Below, in pieces: positions 59,189 through 64,000 of a stretch of DNA of 64,000 nt. Position 1 is the first letter of the stretch. Each line of letters begins with the position of its first letter. The notes below the pieces were generated by a model that saw only the letters and a list, made by a program, of their open reading frames with translations, was not told where the DNA came from and did not search any database. The stretch lies in NCBI GenBank assembly GCA_963718565.1, contig OY970364.1:1472001-1536000 (forward strand), written 5' to 3'. Source of the stretch: an uncultured Verrucomicrobiae bacterium. Lineage in GTDB: Bacteria > Chlamydiota > Chlamydiia > Chlamydiales > Rhabdochlamydiaceae. The translations under genes and the position numbers were made by a program.

Positions 59189-60312
59189 TATACTCTAGAA
59201 AATTGAAGTCTGGAGAGGATTGAGTTCAATTGTTTGGAAATTGTCGTTAATTCGCTTTTTCAGCATGTCTTTTAAATTAATAACGCCAGTGTTGAAAAAA
59301 TCTCTAATTTTCTCAGTAAATTCATTGAATTTTGAATACAGTGTATTATAAGTAACACACTCTCTCATAACTTTCCATAAACGCTCAATAGCATTCAAAT
59401 TTGGGGAATACGGAGGTAAGTAGTGTATTTGAATTTTGGTTTGGCTATCCAAATATTTTTGCACTTCCTTATTCTTGTTTGATCTGCCGTTGTCTAAGAT
59501 TAAGTGGATTTTTTTTGCATCTGTATTAGCCGCTAACGTTTGGAGAAAATCGACCGCACTTGCAGCATCCACAGTGCTATATTCCTTCGTCACGACTTGC
59601 ATTGCAGTCAATTCAATGGCACCAATAAAATGCAATCGCTCTTGCTTAGCGGTTGTTCCTAATGTCTTTATTTCGTTTTTTAGGATCCACCCAGCCACAG
59701 ACTGGCTCTGATACTCAGGGTGTACAGCATCTCCAAAGAAAATTTTCTCGCCTTCTTGGAGACCGGCTTTCAATTCATTGTATTTTTTAAGGAACGCAGC
59801 TTGTTTTTCGGGATCGAGCTTTCCTGGTACTTTGATTGGATGTTTATAAACAAATCCATGCCTCTTCAACCAATTTGTCATACCAGCCACAGTGTATTTC
59901 ACTTGATATGCGTCTAGAACGTAGAGACAAATTTTGCTCATTTTGAGATACGTTATTTGACTCAAATGTCTCCTCAGCGCATCTTCTTGGTCTAGGGTTA
60001 ACTTGGAGGCCTTTCCCAAATGTGGATCATTGATAGTTTTTTGCTTGGCATCGTATTCTCTTTGATAATCATAAACGGACGACTCGCTAATTCTTAAAAT
60101 CGCCGCTATTTCCCCTGGACTGTGGCAATCATCCCTACCTAAAATGACGCATACACGGTTCCGTTCGTTGACATCTCTTGTTTTTTTTACAAGCTGTTCT
60201 AAATATAAACGCTGCTCATTGGACAACTTTTGCATAGAAGCATTATCCACTATCGCTGAAATATTTTTTAGGGAAATTTAAAATTTTACAGAATCCAATC
60301 ATGAATAGTATA
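59189..60312 (-). mobile_element. IS630-family insertion sequence
   Basis: Imperfect TIR TATACT..ATTG.A.TC at both ends, TA target. Confidence 0.8.
59195..60250 (-). CDS. IS630-family transposase
   Basis: FGDAVHP, LILDNG, LPPYSPNLNAIERLW. Confidence 0.93.
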   Translation of the reverse strand: MDNASMQKLSNEQRLYLEQLVKKTRDVNERNRVCVILGRDDCHSPGEIAAILRISESSVYDYQREYDAKQKTINDPHLGKASKLTLDQEDALRRHLSQITYLKMSKICLYVLDAYQVKYTVAGMTNWLKRHGFVYKHPIKVPGKLDPEKQAAFLKKYNELKAGLQEGEKIFFGDAVHPEYQSQSVAGWILKNEIKTLGTTAKQERLHFIGAIELTAMQVVTKEYSTVDAASAVDFLQTLAANTDAKKIHLILDNGRSNKNKEVQKYLDSQTKIQIHYLPPYSPNLNAIERLWKVMRECVTYNTLYSKFNEFTEKIRDFFNTGVINLKDMLKKRINDNFQTIELNPLQTSIF

Positions 60313-60475
60313 GCTCCTATTCCGATAGTCTGTAGCGTTAATTGAAAAACGCTATTCGCCATTATGAAACACGCCGGTATACGGGTTGTGTTTTTACACA
60401 AACCATTAAATTTTAAGACAAAAAGCATCAACAAATCGACAGATGACGTTTTGTTGATCAAATTTGACAGATTCG

Positions 60476-60520
60476 AAATCAATCAACAAAACGTCATCTG
60501 TCGATTTGTTGATTGATTTT
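60476..60520 (-). terminator. Hairpin downstream of the glgB-like gene, with an inverted partial copy at 60427-60458
   Basis: AAATCAATCAACAAA-N14-TTTGTTGATTGATTT. Confidence 0.5.
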
Positions 60521-60529
60521 CGGATATTT

Positions 60530-63500
60530 TTAAGTGAAATGGACTTGATCAGATTCAATAGTGATAGAAGAAGCCTGACCGTCAAATTTACGATTATAAG
60601 AATCTTCCCATTTGAATATCTTGCCATTTTTGAGAAGGGCAAACTTAAAGTCTTTTCCAACTGGGACTTGACCTACCCATCCTTTTCCATTACGCGTGAA
60701 AACCAAGGGCTTTTCGTCCCAATCGGGATCGCAACACACAGCAAGAGCGTTTCCAGGTCCAATATCTTCTTTGAGAACCCATGTTTCAATAGAGTCTTGT
60801 TGGGCAGGTTGGAAAACCACAGATGGAGTTTGAACCGGTGCAGCAAGAGAGCTGAATTCAGGTCGATGTATCGATGGCATCCCAGGCGTGAAAGAACGGT
60901 TGCGTCCTCCTGTTTCCCATTCCTCATTATCCAATAAAATCTTATACTCAATGGCTTTCGACTCCTTGAACTTTACAGGTACTCTCCAAGTTCCATCGCT
61001 ATTTCTTTGAAGTTCTATAGCTTCATCACTCTCCCATCCTAATGGGCGTTCGCCTCGAATGAACAATTTCTTTTCTGGAGGTAATTCACAAGAGATCGTC
61101 AACCCAGGTGGATACAATTTTGGACGTAGAATGATCCCAGATTGGGGAGCAATGCGCACTTTGAAACCGATGATGCATCCGTTGATATCATCATTCTCCC
61201 GGATCAACTCTATGGCTCTACCCGTGTTTATTCTTCCTTCTCCACCCCATTGAAGGTCATCGGTGTTGAAAATCTCTTCAATCTCTTTTAAGTATTGCAG
61301 TGCGGGATTAGACTGCATTGAAGGGAACATGATGTTGTACTCCTGCTCCATCGTATCACCAAAATTGTTGATACAAATCAGCTGATTGCTCGGGTCATTG
61401 CTCTTGCGGAAATAGGCAACAATCGGACGGCCATCATTTTTGCCAGGATCTGCTGTGTGAAACCACTGAATATTTTCGGGTTGATTACCCCATAGAGCTT
61501 GCTCTTTTAGATATAAATCATTGAAAGCTACAACAAACTTCATATACTGCTCATGGCGCGACCCCGGGACTAGTTGCTCCCAATCCACACCACCTACATT
61601 TCGCTCTTCTGGGCCTGCAAAATAAGTCATTGTCTTGTCGTATCCACCACTAATGCCATTTGCAATATACATCAGATCCGACCATTGCCCTGTTTGAGCA
61701 AATTCATTCCCCATAAAGCTAAGCTTACTTCCGGGAAGGCAGATTTGCTGAGCATAGAATGCTCTCAGATCTGCGAATTTACTTGGCAGAGTCTCCTCTG
61801 AACAAGCTACTTGTTTCTGCACACGTTCTAGCATAGTGGGACGTTCGGTGTTTCCAGTTTCATCATGAGAGAAAGCCCTCACAGCTCTTTCATGGATTTG
61901 TTGTTCAAGAGTATCAATTTTCATTGCATCGAATAGAGCCCCCCGATGGTATTTTCTATGCTCAGGTTTCTCTGATAGGAAACTATGCTCAAACATGGAG
62001 TATAGCCACCCCAAAGCCCATTTTTCATCAAAACCCAATCCTCTCATCAAAGCCTCTCCATACAAGCTAAATTTTTCAGAAGGAGAGTGAGTCGAGGCGA
62101 CTATCCCGTGGGACTCTTCTGCCATAGTGATTACACCTGGATATCTACCGTGAATAAAAGCGTTCACGTCTCGAATAAAATTTAGAGCATCAGGATTCCA
62201 TTTGCCACCCTTGTAATGAGGAAGGGAGTCCTCTTTAAATAGGTCGGTTCGCACTATATTGGACACGGAATCGAAGCGCAAGCCATCGATGTGATACTCG
62301 TCGAGCCAAGCTTTTGCATTTGATAATAAAAAATCACAGACTTTTGGCTGCTCAAAATTAAAGTTAATCACATTCCAATTTTTCTGGTAGGCACGCCTTA
62401 GATCCTGATGCTCATAGAGAGCAGTTCCATCAAAATTATGCAAGCCGGACTCATTGACTCCAAAATGACCTGGGATCCAGTCCAAGAAGACACCAATACC
62501 CTGATTGTGCATGTGATCGACAAAAGCTTTAAAATCAGCAGAAGATCCTAAACGGTGATTGGGTGCAAAGAAAGCAGTGGGCTGATAACCCGTGTAGGGA
62601 AAATCCAAAATGTGATCCATAACGCTAAAGAGTTCCACATGGGTAAAACTATTCTGTTTGCAATGCTCAGCAAGCTCGATTGCCAATTCTTTCCAATTCA
62701 TGATTTCGCCATTCTTCCTCTTCCAGGAGCTGACATGAAGTTCATAGATATTCCTAGCAGAGTCTTGGTTCGCATTTTGAGCTCTTTTGGACATCCAAGA
62801 ACCATCCGTCCAGTCGAATTTTGTTTCAGCTACCACAGATACTTGACGAAAACGTGTTTCCATAATCTGTCGATGACCACCTTCAGTGAGACCACCTTTA
62901 AAATTGAGACCATCTTTAAATTGTGCATCTCTAACTTCTTTATTTTGGCGAGCATAGGGATCTGCTTTCTTTAGCAACTCACCTTCCTGGGTCTTAATTA
63001 AGTATTCGTAAACCGTACCGACTTTCGCATCGTCAGTCCTCAGTTCCCAATTACCTGCAGCGCTCTTCTGCATGGGAATTATTTTATAATCTCGACCGTT
63101 CTTGAAAATGGCGACAGAAACCTCCTTAGCATTTGGAGCGTACACTCTAAATACAACAGAGTTTTCATGAATATGAGATCCGTAAAATGTGTGCAAATCT
63201 GCACATATTCCTCTTCCATAATAGGGCGGCTGATAATGCTGCTCTAAATCAGCTCTTTTTATCGGGTCTAAACTTTTGTAAATCTTATGCAACTGACGAT
63301 GCGTCAGCGCATTGCTATCCACTAATTGTTTAAAATGTTCGATTTCTCTGTCAGTTTGCTCATCAAAAAGCCTGTTGAATTCACTCGTATGTTTTACTAT
63401 CTCCTTTTCCATCAGCAATGCATCGTTGCTTGAGCTCCCTTGGAGTAATTTTTTCAATTGCTCAATTTGGTCAACTGTTTTTTTTGCTTCCAAAAGGCGA

Positions 63501-63949
63501 ATTTTATCTTCAATCGAATTAATTGCTTGCTCAATAATGTTTTCGCCTTGAGGATGCAGATAAGGAGTCTGGATTGCAGAAAGAATAGAGAAATCCTCTA
63601 AGAGAGTGCTCTCACCGTAAGTCGGTTTTTGTGGGCAACCATGCTGGTGCCACACTACATAACTCAATATCTCTTTGATCGAAGCAGGAAGGGCATGGTA
63701 AGCTTGGCTCTTGGCAGACTGGTCTGCACCTGAAAGAGCTGTTTGAAATGCTATCAGAAGCTGCTTCTGTAATTTTACAGATGCCAAAAGAGTGGTCTGA
63801 TCTATTTCTGTTAGAGCGGATCGCACTACGTTATCTATCCTTGAATCTGTCTCACAATTGCCACCCATGCTCAATCGAGAAGGAGGAGTAACAATAGCCA
63901 AAGGAGCTTTTACATATTGACTCGTTACAAACTGCTGCATTAGCTTCAA
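60530..63949 (-). CDS. 1,4-alpha-glucan branching enzyme (GH13) with about 250-aa N-terminal extension and two C-terminal CBM20-like domains
   Basis: FRVYAPNA, KADPYA, IYELHVSSW, GYQPT, LDWIPGHF, DGLRFDSV, MAEES, FSHDE, FMGNEFAQ. Confidence 0.85.
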   Translation of the reverse strand: MKLMQQFVTSQYVKAPLAIVTPPSRLSMGGNCETDSRIDNVVRSALTEIDQTTLLASVKLQKQLLIAFQTALSGADQSAKSQAYHALPASIKEILSYVVWHQHGCPQKPTYGESTLLEDFSILSAIQTPYLHPQGENIIEQAINSIEDKIRLLEAKKTVDQIEQLKKLLQGSSSNDALLMEKEIVKHTSEFNRLFDEQTDREIEHFKQLVDSNALTHRQLHKIYKSLDPIKRADLEQHYQPPYYGRGICADLHTFYGSHIHENSVVFRVYAPNAKEVSVAIFKNGRDYKIIPMQKSAAGNWELRTDDAKVGTVYEYLIKTQEGELLKKADPYARQNKEVRDAQFKDGLNFKGGLTEGGHRQIMETRFRQVSVVAETKFDWTDGSWMSKRAQNANQDSARNIYELHVSSWKRKNGEIMNWKELAIELAEHCKQNSFTHVELFSVMDHILDFPYTGYQPTAFFAPNHRLGSSADFKAFVDHMHNQGIGVFLDWIPGHFGVNESGLHNFDGTALYEHQDLRRAYQKNWNVINFNFEQPKVCDFLLSNAKAWLDEYHIDGLRFDSVSNIVRTDLFKEDSLPHYKGGKWNPDALNFIRDVNAFIHGRYPGVITMAEESHGIVASTHSPSEKFSLYGEALMRGLGFDEKWALGWLYSMFEHSFLSEKPEHRKYHRGALFDAMKIDTLEQQIHERAVRAFSHDETGNTERPTMLERVQKQVACSEETLPSKFADLRAFYAQQICLPGSKLSFMGNEFAQTGQWSDLMYIANGISGGYDKTMTYFAGPEERNVGGVDWEQLVPGSRHEQYMKFVVAFNDLYLKEQALWGNQPENIQWFHTADPGKNDGRPIVAYFRKSNDPSNQLICINNFGDTMEQEYNIMFPSMQSNPALQYLKEIEEIFNTDDLQWGGEGRINTGRAIELIRENDDINGCIIGFKVRIAPQSGIILRPKLYPPGLTISCELPPEKKLFIRGERPLGWESDEAIELQRNSDGTWRVPVKFKESKAIEYKILLDNEEWETGGRNRSFTPGMPSIHRPEFSSLAAPVQTPSVVFQPAQQDSIETWVLKEDIGPGNALAVCCDPDWDEKPLVFTRNGKGWVGQVPVGKDFKFALLKNGKIFKWEDSYNRKFDGQASSITIESDQVHFT

Positions 63950-64000
63950 TGCTTTTGTAGCTGGGTAAATAGCTCCCTGAGTGTTTTTTAGAAGGAAGGG

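Noticed and set aside
60243..60951. Short ORFs around the nested palindrome
   Set aside because: Mirror-image translations of the inverted repeat or shadows of the glgB-like gene

Overview
64-kb segment of an environmental chlamydial (Chlamydiota, Parachlamydiales-like) chromosome, recognisable from chlamydia-type gene order (cdsP-cdsQ-pkn5...cdsC; dapF-clpP-glyA; CT398-like/rnpB; xerC-ABC-F; rnz-lon-tsaB-rpsU-dnaJ). Main points: (1) The type III secretion cluster has two tandem CdsP/DUF5421-like paralogues and a 1364-aa secretin with about 11 tandem periplasmic N-domains. (2) The pkn5-cdsC junction is split by a tandem array of five F-box/WD40 genes, with a sixth 9 kb away. Their WD40 repeats are nearly identical at DNA level except at a few surface positions, most copies share one TTGAAT-N17-TATAAT promoter module, and several have been hit by IS elements. 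(3) Carbohydrate-active candidates aimed at the host: a signal-peptide GH81 beta-1,3-glucanase next to an orphan TpsA, and a branching enzyme with a long N-terminal extension and two CBM20-like domains. (4) At least three families of small palindromic elements, one inserted in frame into tsaB. (5) IS256, IS1634, IS630, truncated IS607 and several nested IS remnants. No CRISPR array, tRNA, rRNA or reverse transcriptase was seen. All family assignments come from motifs read by eye, not from database searches.
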